In this document: one piece after another, positions 50,828 to 58,810 of the stretch
How positions within the stretch are numbered: position 1 is the first letter of the stretch
Layout of the letters: each line of letters opens with the position of its first letter
DNA from: an uncultured Acidobacteriota bacterium
GTDB lineage: Bacteria > Acidobacteriota > Terriglobia > UBA7540
DNA: 64,000 nucleotides
Direction of reading: 5' to 3'
Assembly: GCA_963804995.1 (NCBI GenBank)
Contig: CAWDSK010000001.1
Span: 384,001 to 448,000 of the forward strand
Notes under the pieces: model-generated
Seen by the model: the letters and a program-made list of their open reading frames with translations, nothing else
The model's database searches: none
Told to the model about the DNA's origin: nothing
Program-made: the position numbers and the translations under genes

Positions 50828-52367
50828 TTGGAACTTTGATCGAAGCAAGAAACGAGTCGAGGCAGAAGCGAAGCGCCTAGCGCATGCGGGCATCAGCGTC
50901 AAGCCCCTCACCCGCGAAATGGACTTAACCAACCTCTCTCCCACAGAAGCTAGGCAAGTTAACGGCGTCCATCTCTATTCAAACGTGGAGAATCTGGAAG
51001 AACTGCTAACGTCCGAGGCCCTTCGAAAGAATAATTTCAGGGCATTGCACAGATTCTTTCAAGTCTTCAGGAGTGAACAGCGCCGCATCATTCAAAACGT
51101 CTTCGAAGGGGACAAGATCCAAGTTCAGGGCCCAAAGTTTCACGGGCTAATTTTCAAGCCTTATGGGAAGGACTCTGAGATCGCTTGGCGCTCCATTCTC
51201 TGCTCAAGTGCTTTACACCTTTTAGCGGTAAGGGCGCTTCCCGAGGTGTTTCCGGGATACCCACCGATCGTCTCTGCTGCAGGTCTAGAGCTGGGAAAAA
51301 CCGTCGTAGCAAACATCGGGATGCGGGGCGAGAGAGAGCTCATCAGCGTTGGTCGACCAGCAAATTACGCAGCTAAGATTTTCGATAAAGACGCGCCAAT
51401 CACCGTCGGCGAGAACCTCTACTCAACGCTCACGAAGGACCGGCAGTCCTTATTCGGGGCAGCCGAAGGGGTTTATCGGCTAGACCAGTCAGCCGTTGAT
51501 TCCCTAGGGGACGTGCTTCGGGACGAGGGATTCTCCTGGAGTGTCGAATCGTCCGTTAGGCGCCTCAGCCGTGAGATTGAGGTGCTTCCACTTGACAACA
51601 TCTTGGTGGAGGAAGCCCGTGAGAAAATCAATCTCGAAAGGCTCGGGCCGAAGCGCGCAAAGGTTTGCGTGGGCGCAACAGTATTTGTGGACATTGACGG
51701 CTACACCCGATTTGTCGATTCCCTGTTGGACGATGTCGACAAACTTGGGAAGGCTGTTCAGTTGCTGCATCTATTCCGCTATGAGTGGCGCGAAGTAACC
51801 GAGAATGATTTCGACGCGATCGAAATTCAGCATCAAGGGGACCGCTTGCAAGCATTGTTGCACGTACCTACGGATGACGAAGAACTAATGATGGAGAGGG
51901 CTGTTGATTTAGCCATCAGCTACAACTCTTCGGTCGATGAGGTTTTGAGTAAACACTGCGAGAAAGACCGGGCACTGCGTGTGGCGATTGGCTGTGATAT
52001 CGGTAAGGCGTTGGTGTCGAGAATTGGCGTACGGGGTGATCTAGACGCGACATGCCTCGGTAGGTCGGCACTGCGTGCAGAGATTTTGCAGGTTGGATCT
52101 AAGAGTGGCGAGATTTCGATAACCGAGAAGCTTCGCCACGCAATCAGCGAGCAGTCCATCTCAGAGTTATTCAAATACTGTGAGTCGACCGATGCATACG
52201 TAGCAAAGGACGTTACCTGGACAACAATTGAAGACGCGGAGCACGTCCGAGCGTATAAGTCCAGGTCTGCTGCGGTCGTAACGGGGGCCGGTGCAATTGC
52301 GTTCAGGGTCCCAGCGGAGGCGACGGACCGGCCACTCAAGATCACGCGTCCGTGGTCCGATTTATGA
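50823..52367 (+). CDS. Tandem class III nucleotidyl cyclase (two cyclase domains), PycC-like
   Basis: Domain 1 HLYSNVEN...QVQGPKFH...GLELGK...SVGRPANYAAK; domain 2 VFVDIDGYT...QHQGDRLQA...IGCDIGK...CLGRSALRAE. Confidence 0.85.
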   Translation: MSWNFDRSKKRVEAEAKRLAHAGISVKPLTREMDLTNLSPTEARQVNGVHLYSNVENLEELLTSEALRKNNFRALHRFFQVFRSEQRRIIQNVFEGDKIQVQGPKFHGLIFKPYGKDSEIAWRSILCSSALHLLAVRALPEVFPGYPPIVSAAGLELGKTVVANIGMRGERELISVGRPANYAAKIFDKDAPITVGENLYSTLTKDRQSLFGAAEGVYRLDQSAVDSLGDVLRDEGFSWSVESSVRRLSREIEVLPLDNILVEEAREKINLERLGPKRAKVCVGATVFVDIDGYTRFVDSLLDDVDKLGKAVQLLHLFRYEWREVTENDFDAIEIQHQGDRLQALLHVPTDDEELMMERAVDLAISYNSSVDEVLSKHCEKDRALRVAIGCDIGKALVSRIGVRGDLDATCLGRSALRAEILQVGSKSGEISITEKLRHAISEQSISELFKYCESTDAYVAKDVTWTTIEDAEHVRAYKSRSAAVVTGAGAIAFRVPAEATDRPLKITRPWSDL

Positions 52368-53035
52368 ATGTGCTTCCATGGTACAGAATCTCGCGTCATC
52401 GGCTTGAATCCGAACGCACCCTGCTGCGTAGCCTTCGATACTTCATTCCTGAAAGGCAGTACTTCGACACTCTAAAAAGACTAAACGTTGTTGGCATACT
52501 CATTTACTCTCGAATGCGTTCCGGCAGGGTCGAGCGGTTTCGGGTCCGCATAGAATACCCCGCTAGGTTTCCAAACTTTCCACAGCAGGTCTATGATCAT
52601 GACAAGGTGTTTCAGCCTGGGCACGAGGGCCACTTGCCCGACCACCGCCTCTGTCTGACCCTCCCCGAACGGCGAGAGTTTTCGACTGGTACCGAAGGGC
52701 TAACTGAAGAGGTTTTGGGCGCATCCTTAATCTGGCTTGATAAGCGTCTTATATTCGAGCGAAATGGTGGTAAATGGCCTGGGCTTGACGAGCGCCACGG
52801 CCTCTTTGCGAAAATCGATTTTATACTTGAGGCGACGGGTCTTTCGGAGGATGGACGGGCACGGAGCTGGATGGAGGACACTCTCGCGGCTGCGGCGGCG
52901 AGACGCGGGTTCGATATCGAATTGTATTCGCCGTGTCCGTGCGGCAGCGGCGAGAAAATGAAGTTCTGCCATTTCGACGGGTTCCGTCCCCTGATTAAAT
53001 TACTTCGAGAAGTCTCTCGTCAGGCGAATGGCTAG
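52364..53035 (+). CDS. Prokaryotic E2/UBC-like protein with C-terminal SEC-C motif
   Basis: RVRIEYPARFPNFPQQVY...GHLPDHRLCL (UBC-like His/Cys region); CPCGSGEKMKFCH; ATGA overlap with the cyclase stop. Confidence 0.72.
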   Translation: MNVLPWYRISRHRLESERTLLRSLRYFIPERQYFDTLKRLNVVGILIYSRMRSGRVERFRVRIEYPARFPNFPQQVYDHDKVFQPGHEGHLPDHRLCLTLPERREFSTGTEGLTEEVLGASLIWLDKRLIFERNGGKWPGLDERHGLFAKIDFILEATGLSEDGRARSWMEDTLAAAAARRGFDIELYSPCPCGSGEKMKFCHFDGFRPLIKLLREVSRQANG

Positions 53036-53973
53036 GGCGACTGGAAACTGTGGCGCTGGCGGTGCCATGTGAGAGATTCTCGGTCGGGCAAGTAATGCTG
53101 GTTTAGTGGGCGGAGAATTGACTTACCCGCACGTGGCTTCAGGAGATGCGCTGCATCTCCACGTTCATCAAAGCGATCCTCTGCCACGAGTATTGTGTAA
53201 TCGTTGCTGATCGACCAAAACCCGTGATCGAAAAGCCAGTGGGCTGTTTTTGAAAGCGCGATGCCATTCGTGGGGTGGTTGCTGCCACCTTGAGTGAGCT
53301 GATGGATGTGGGCGGCGTCTAGGGCCGTCTTGCCGTTCAGCGCGATCATCCGGTATTGGGTTAGGGCACAGGTGTAATCGTATGCCGGAAGCACGCGCAC
53401 TGCGAACTTCGCATCCCGTTGACTCTCGGTCTCGTGCCGCGGCATAAAGCGGGTGGCATCCGCTCCAATTACGTCATCGGGAGGAACTGGGAGATCGACA
53501 AGACTGTAAAGCTCCGCCCTTTCTTCCGGCCGAAAATATTTTGCGATCAGAGTACGCCGGGCCAGCGAACGAAACTCCCCCCACCCCAGACAAACGAGAA
53601 AAGATACGTCCAACTGGGCGATTACAGCCGCGTGCCGATCGGGAGCGGGCCGCCCTGCAGCATCAAGCGCTTGCCAGAAGCCTTCAGACTTGAGGTGATA
53701 AAAAGGGAAGTTTATATCAGGCTTGGTCTTCCTGCGGGGCGCTACTACTCGCCAATAGGAGCTGTAGCGGAAAGCCAGATCACCATCTTTTCTGAGAAGC
53801 GCGCCGTCGAGTTTGCCTTGTTCCACAATATCGCAGACGACGAGAAGCAAAAGGGGTTTCTGCGGCGCGTCCCCGAGCGCCGGATGTGCTTTGTCTGGTC
53901 GCAGAGAATTCAGCCGCTCAAGCCAACGCGTCCATTCGGGGGATGAGGTTGAGAGGAGAGCACCCGTGGCCAT
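53032..53973 (-). CDS. HNH endonuclease with N-terminal sulfur-binding-domain-like region (putative phosphorothioate-dependent restriction enzyme)
   Basis: APQKPLLLL and INFPFYHLKSEGFW; AYDYTCALT...DAAHI...NGIALSKTAHWLFDHG. Confidence 0.82.
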   Translation of the reverse strand: MATGALLSTSSPEWTRWLERLNSLRPDKAHPALGDAPQKPLLLLVVCDIVEQGKLDGALLRKDGDLAFRYSSYWRVVAPRRKTKPDINFPFYHLKSEGFWQALDAAGRPAPDRHAAVIAQLDVSFLVCLGWGEFRSLARRTLIAKYFRPEERAELYSLVDLPVPPDDVIGADATRFMPRHETESQRDAKFAVRVLPAYDYTCALTQYRMIALNGKTALDAAHIHQLTQGGSNHPTNGIALSKTAHWLFDHGFWSISNDYTILVAEDRFDERGDAAHLLKPRAGKSILRPLNQHYLPDRESLTWHRQRHSFQSP

Positions 53974-54798
53974 TTACCTCTCCATTGCGGAGGTCCGATT
54001 TAAATCGTCCTTCAGGATATTCAGCAAATCGCCGGGGAGGCCGTGGGCGCGGTGGCTTTCGCTGTATTCCTCCACCTTGGCAACCATGCGCCGCAGAGTT
54101 TCAACATTAATGCCTTTCTCGGCGGCGACTTTGTTTTCAATTTCTCGCAAACGGCCGAGTTCAGTCAAGTCGGCGTTCATCATCACACCCTTCTGCCGGT
54201 TGACGATGCGCGCCACGCCGCGCCCATCGTCCGGGTCGCGTGCGGCTTTCCACATTTGCTGGATCAGTAGGAGCTCCTCGGGACTGATGAGCTGTAATTG
54301 AACCTCTTCCTGCAACTTTAGTAATTGGGTCAGCAGTTCACGACGGGCGGTGATCAAGAGTGGCCCGGAACCCTGATTACCGTTCATACGGCGGGTGTCG
54401 CGCTTGCCGTTGGCGGGATCGCGGTAGAACAGTAGCGTTTCGCGGAATTCGATCAGTTTCTCCATGCGCTCGTCGCCCGAAGCCAGCAATCCTTCGCTGG
54501 CCCGGTCACGGTCAACCACGGTGCACGTCCAGCACCCGAAACGGCTGTTGCCACAACTGGGGGTGCTGGTGTCAATCTGGATGGGGTACTCGCCGTTCGA
54601 GGCGCTGGCGTAAAGCTTGTAGAGGGGGCGATTGCCTCGGGGGTTGGGGTTCTGTCGGCCCAAACGTCCTCGGTCGAGAGGAATTCATTCGATACCCAGA
54701 CGCGGGGCAAGTCAGGATGCCTCCGCAATCCATTGCGCGTTTGGCGGGCCGCCATGGTTTGGGCGCGGGTGGAGCTTTCGGCGCGGCGCGCGCCGAGG
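53974..54798 (-). pseudogene. dndC: dndC 3' fragment
   Basis: GARRAESSTRAQTM, LYKLYASAS, SCGNSRFGCWTCTVVDRD; frameshifted after EDVWA. Confidence 0.85.
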
Positions 54799-54802
54799 AC
54801 TA

Positions 54803-54870
54803 GGATCGCCTCGGGCGCGGTCAACGCGTAAATTCGAGAATTTGGCAAGCCAGTAATCAGGTCTGGTCAT
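54803..54870 (-). pseudogene. 5' stub of a second SBD-HNH gene
   Basis: MTRPDYWLAKFSNLRVDRARGDP parallels WLERLNSLRPDKAHPALGD of the intact gene, then joins dndC sequence. Confidence 0.5.
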
Positions 54871-54908
54871 GGGGGTCGCCGCGGCGACCGCTCGGCCATG
54901 GGGCATTT

Positions 54909-55217
54909 CTAGAGCCCCTGGGTCAATATCCCTGCTACATCACGGCTGCCGTGCAAAATGGTGACCACTTGCAAGGGCTTGGTTTCAGGCCGGTAGACGA
55001 TCAGGTAGGAGTACACAGAAAAGAAGCGCACATTGGCAGAGGTCAAATCATGCCGCCAGTGGCCCGCGCCGGGGAAACTGGCCAGGTAGACACACTTGGT
55101 TCGAATGACGGATTCAACACGGTCGGCTGCTTCGAGGCTGACTTGCTGCTTGACGTAACGCCAGATATCCACCAGGTCACGGGCAGCCTGAGGGGCCAGG
55201 ACATATCGCGCGGTCAT
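54909..55217 (-). CDS. ParE/RelE family toxin
   Basis: LAPQAARDLVDIWRY, FPGAGHWRHDL, YLIVYR, ILHGSRD. Confidence 0.9.
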   Translation of the reverse strand: MTARYVLAPQAARDLVDIWRYVKQQVSLEAADRVESVIRTKCVYLASFPGAGHWRHDLTSANVRFFSVYSYLIVYRPETKPLQVVTILHGSRDVAGILTQGL

Positions 55218-55474
55218 TCCGGTTGAGCTTTCAGTCGATCGAGGTGCTCGTCCAGTTGGTCCTCGGGAATCCCTTCCCCCCGATCAAGTTCTCCGATTCC
55301 GGTTTGGATCTTGGCGTCCACGGCTTGGCGATTGGCCATTAACCATTCATCCCGCTCATGCAGCACTTCCAGCGCCCTTTCGATTACATCGTCGGGGCTT
55401 TGATAAGCTCCGGAACGCAGGGCCTCCGCGATGCGGTTTTCCTGTTCGGGCTTCAGTTGAATCGTCATGGCCAA
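55214..55474 (-). CDS. ParD-like antitoxin
   Basis: SGAYQSPDDVIERAL, KIQTGIGELDRGEG; ATGA overlap with the toxin. Confidence 0.85.
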   Translation of the reverse strand: MAMTIQLKPEQENRIAEALRSGAYQSPDDVIERALEVLHERDEWLMANRQAVDAKIQTGIGELDRGEGIPEDQLDEHLDRLKAQPE

Positions 55475-55520
55475 TTCTCCCTGTGACCACTACTCTAACA
55501 CAACGCGTAAAAGAACTCCT

Positions 55521-56235
55521 TCTGGATGGGGCACTCGCCGTTCGAGGCGCTGGCGTAAAGCCTGTAGAGGGGGCGATTGCCTCAGGGGTTGGGGTTCTGT
55601 CGGCCCAAACGTCTTCGGTTGAGAGGAATTCAATGGGATTCGATACCCAGACACGGGGCAAGTCAGGATGCCGCCGCAAGCCGTTGCGCGTTTGGCGGGC
55701 CGCCATGGTTTGGGCGCGGGTGGAGCTTTCGGCGCGGCGCGCTCCCAGGTGCAGAATGGCCTCGCCCCAATGTCCAACCCGCTGCTTCACCAGGGCGTTC
55801 ACCGGGTCAATCTTCATCCTCTGCGTGCACCAGCGGAAGGTGCGGTTGGGGGGTGGGTAGCCGCGTCCAATGATGTTCACCCAAAAGGATTCTTCCATGA
55901 GCGGCTTCAGCAGGTTGGCGTCAATGTTCAGGCTGTGCTGCTCGGAGCACTTGCGCATGCGGTCCAGCGTGCCTTCAATCATTTCGGCAATGGCGGGAAT
56001 CTCCACGCGCGTGTCCGTGCAAAGGACCGAGATGGGCTTCTTGCGCTGCTCGGCGGGAATGGATAGGACGGCGTCAAAAATCAGCGACGCCGGCATGGTG
56101 CCGTTCCTTCGCGGGATTTACCCTGAGTGAAACGAATGGGCTCAGGACAGGCTCTTGCCACCGCTAAAGCCGACCAGCCAGGGCCGCTCGTCTTCCGGGT
56201 AGAGTTGGCGGAGGGAAGTCTTGAAAAACATCGTC
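55521..56235 (-). pseudogene. dndC: dndC 5' fragment (PAPS-reductase fold), broken after SGGK and after EDVWA
   Basis: RPWLVGFSGGK; CTDTRVE; SFWVNIIGRGYPPPNRTFRWCTQRMKIDP; GARRAESSTR. Confidence 0.88.
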
Positions 56236-56334
56236 ACTCCCGTCGCGGGGAGTATACACCCCCCCCTTTGATTTTCAAGTAATGGCATCAATGGCGGCTG
56301 GCGGAAAAGCGCGGCGCCGGCGAAGACCCAATCC

Positions 56335-56480
56335 AAAAAGGTTTTCATGGTTATGGATATGGAGGGCGTGGACGGCGTCTTTAATGAGGATTTGCAGGTC
56401 ACGCCCAACAAGAGCCCGCGCTGGGAAGAGTGCTTGGAGATGTTTACGGATGAGATCAACGCGCCGGTGGCGGGGCTGCC
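56335..56480 (+). pseudogene. N-terminal fragment of an M55 (DppA-like) aminopeptidase
   Basis: KKVFMVMDMEGVDGV...MFTDEINA resembles the DxEG...TxExNA motif; similarity ends shortly after. Confidence 0.55.
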
Positions 56481-56884
56481 TCAATCTGGTTGGGGTGCGA
56501 GCCGGAAGTGGGAAATCGGCACGTCCGGTCGGGCGTGGGGCGCAGAAGGCAGGCTCGGCGAGGGGCCCGAAGGTAGGGCTCGGCCCCGCGTTTGCCCCCG
56601 CTCTAATCTTGTAGATCCACGACTTTTTGTCGTGGTGGGACATGTCCCACATGTTGCTCTCCGCGGGGCATAGCGAGCGAGGTCCCACTTAATTCCCCAC
56701 CTTCATGCGTTATTTTCCCATGACTTTTCGCATGCCAATTTGCCGGGTTGCGCTTCTAGTCTTCGATTGGTAAATCGTACTTTTCCCCAAACATACCGAG
56801 CGCGGCTTTCACCATTTCGTCCTCAGCTTCCGGCGCCCAACCCACCGGACATCCAAACTGAATCTGGATCACCTGCGCCTGGTA

Positions 56885-57116
56885 AGCGGTCTCGCGCTGG
56901 CGACCGCCCCCGTATTGCCTTCCGCCTGCTCTGACGGCGTCGGCGCCCGGAAGCGCTGGATTTCGGAGCTGAATACCCTGCCTGCGGATGCCCTCTCCCA
57001 CGCTTCAAGTGCGGCCTCGCGACCGCCCTCGCAGGGCTGTGGGCCAGGGTGGCTCGCTATGCCTTCCCTGTACGACTCTTGCATTCGCAACTCCCTGCCG
57101 GTTTATCCCGGCGCTA
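56885..57116 (-). mobile_element. Truncated group II intron, 5' part of domain I only
   Basis: Minus strand GCGCCGGGATAAACCGGCAGGGAGTTGCGAATG...TAGCGAGCCACCCTGGCCC...GGCGGTCGCGAGGCCGC...GAAGCGT...AGCTCCGAAATC...GCCGACGCCGTC...GCGGAAGGCAA recalls bacterial intron 5' regions; no RT gene or domain V seen. Confidence 0.6.
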
Positions 57117-57331
57117 TCCAGAGCAAGCTCAGCTCTGCGATTCCCCTGTTCGAAAAGGCGTGGATGAATCGAGAAGGCGGGGGCATGAACAGAGGGGTGG
57201 ATCGCCCCGACCAGTCGGGGCGCCAGCCAGGCCGGGAGTCACGCCTAAGAAACGAGAAGGCGCTGAGACGCAGAGAGTAGAGCAAATCTCAGCGCCTCTG
57301 CGGTGAGAATTCGTTTTCGGCGGGGCGCCCC

Positions 57332-58303
57332 TCAGGAGAGCAGGGCCAGCAGAATGGCTTTCTGAATGTGTAGGCGGTTTTCGGCCTGGTCGTAGACGAT
57401 GGAGCGGGGTGAATCCATGACCTCATCGGTTACTTCTTCGCCCCGTCGCGCCGGCTGGCAATGCATAAACAGGGCTTGGGGCCCCGCCACGCGCATGAGT
57501 TGGGAATTCACCTGGTAAGAGCGGAAGACCTCCTGGCGGGTTTCCGCCTCGTCCTCCTGGCCCATACTCGTCCAAACGTCCGTATAGACGATGTCCGCGC
57601 CAGCCACGGCTTCGGCGGGATTATGGGTCAGCATGATTTCACCGCCCTCCCGCTTGACTTCCGCCACGGCAGACCGGTCCGGTTCGTAACCCGGAGGTGT
57701 GGCCATGCGCATCCGCACGCCCAGGCGCGCCGCGCCGTACATCAAGGAATGCGCTACGTTGTTGCCGTCGCCCACCCAGGCCAGCGTCAGGCCCACCAGC
57801 GTTCCCTTGTGCTCGAGCAGCGTCAGGTAATCGCCCAGTGCCTGGCAGGGATACTCAAAATCGGAAAGTCCGTTAATCACCGGGATGGAGGCGTGTTCGG
57901 CCAGTTCCAGCAGGGTTTGATGCGAGTAGACGCGCACGACCAGGGCGTCGACCCAGCGCGAGAAGTTTCGTGCCACGTCTTTCACAGATTCGCGCTTGCC
58001 CAGCCCCACTTCGTTCGAGCTCAGGTAGAGTGAGCGGCCTCCCAACTGGCCGATGGCCAATTCAAACGTCACGCGGGTACGCAAACTCGGTTTCTCAAAA
58101 ACCATGGCCAGCGTCACGTCCTCCAACGCGTGCTTGTAGGGGGCGGGAGAGGCTTTGACGTATTGCGCGAGCTTCAGCAGGAAATCAATCTCCGGCGGCG
58201 TCAGGTCGTGGATTGAAACCAGGTGCCGATGCGCCATAGTGGCAGGGCGAATCGGCGGTGGAGATTCGATCTCTGCGTTGGGAACGACATTGAGCTTGCG
58301 CAT
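57332..58303 (-). CDS. argF: Ornithine carbamoyltransferase
   Basis: FEKPSLRTR, INGLSD, YPCQ, GDGNNV, TDVWTSMG, FMHCQP, QAENRLH; start may be 58237. Confidence 0.93.
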   Translation of the reverse strand: MRKLNVVPNAEIESPPPIRPATMAHRHLVSIHDLTPPEIDFLLKLAQYVKASPAPYKHALEDVTLAMVFEKPSLRTRVTFELAIGQLGGRSLYLSSNEVGLGKRESVKDVARNFSRWVDALVVRVYSHQTLLELAEHASIPVINGLSDFEYPCQALGDYLTLLEHKGTLVGLTLAWVGDGNNVAHSLMYGAARLGVRMRMATPPGYEPDRSAVAEVKREGGEIMLTHNPAEAVAGADIVYTDVWTSMGQEDEAETRQEVFRSYQVNSQLMRVAGPQALFMHCQPARRGEEVTDEVMDSPRSIVYDQAENRLHIQKAILLALLS

Positions 58304-58810
58304 GAAACTTCCTCGGTTCTGAGGGTTCTGTGTCGGGGCCTGCTCCGATGTTCTGGAACGGGGGCCTTGGCAGTAAATCTCGACACCTTACATGGCCGGT
58401 CTTCCAAGCCGCCCTATGGCGAGGTAAACTCGCCGCTACGATATCGAACTGACTAGCTAACCGAAGTCCACTCGTCTCCACTTTGTGCCGCTGAGTGTGC
58501 ACCCACCGGCCTTTGGCTCGACTGAGCTGACACGCTCAAACTGGAGCAAGAGTTGGGCCACGAATTTAGTGGGGGCTCATAGTGCCTATAACCAACTCAT
58601 TCTAAAGGTCTAAGCTATTGTAGCGGGCTGACTGCTGGCGTGGTAAATCGCAATATGTGGGTTATGACACGGTGCGATTAATCCTGACGAGGGAGGGCAA
58701 TGAAATCCAACAGGCATGCCCGCGGCAAAGCTTCCTGATAATGTCGGACTTTTTTACTTTGTCACAGCGCCATTTTGGATGTAAATATGAAGATCAGGTG
58801 GGAGGTCAAA

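Noticed and set aside
50823..53035. CBASS or Bil-type ubiquitin system
   Set aside because: The cyclase has class III motifs rather than the CD-NTase GS...DxD signature; no E1, JAB or ubiquitin-like gene is present
44847..56235. A functional Dnd phosphorothioation system
   Set aside because: Both recognisable genes are fragmented and dndB/D/E are absent from the window
56756..57116. Active retroelement (intron, retron or DGR)
   Set aside because: No reverse transcriptase ORF in the window; the dndC and desulfurase repeat differences are not adenine-specific
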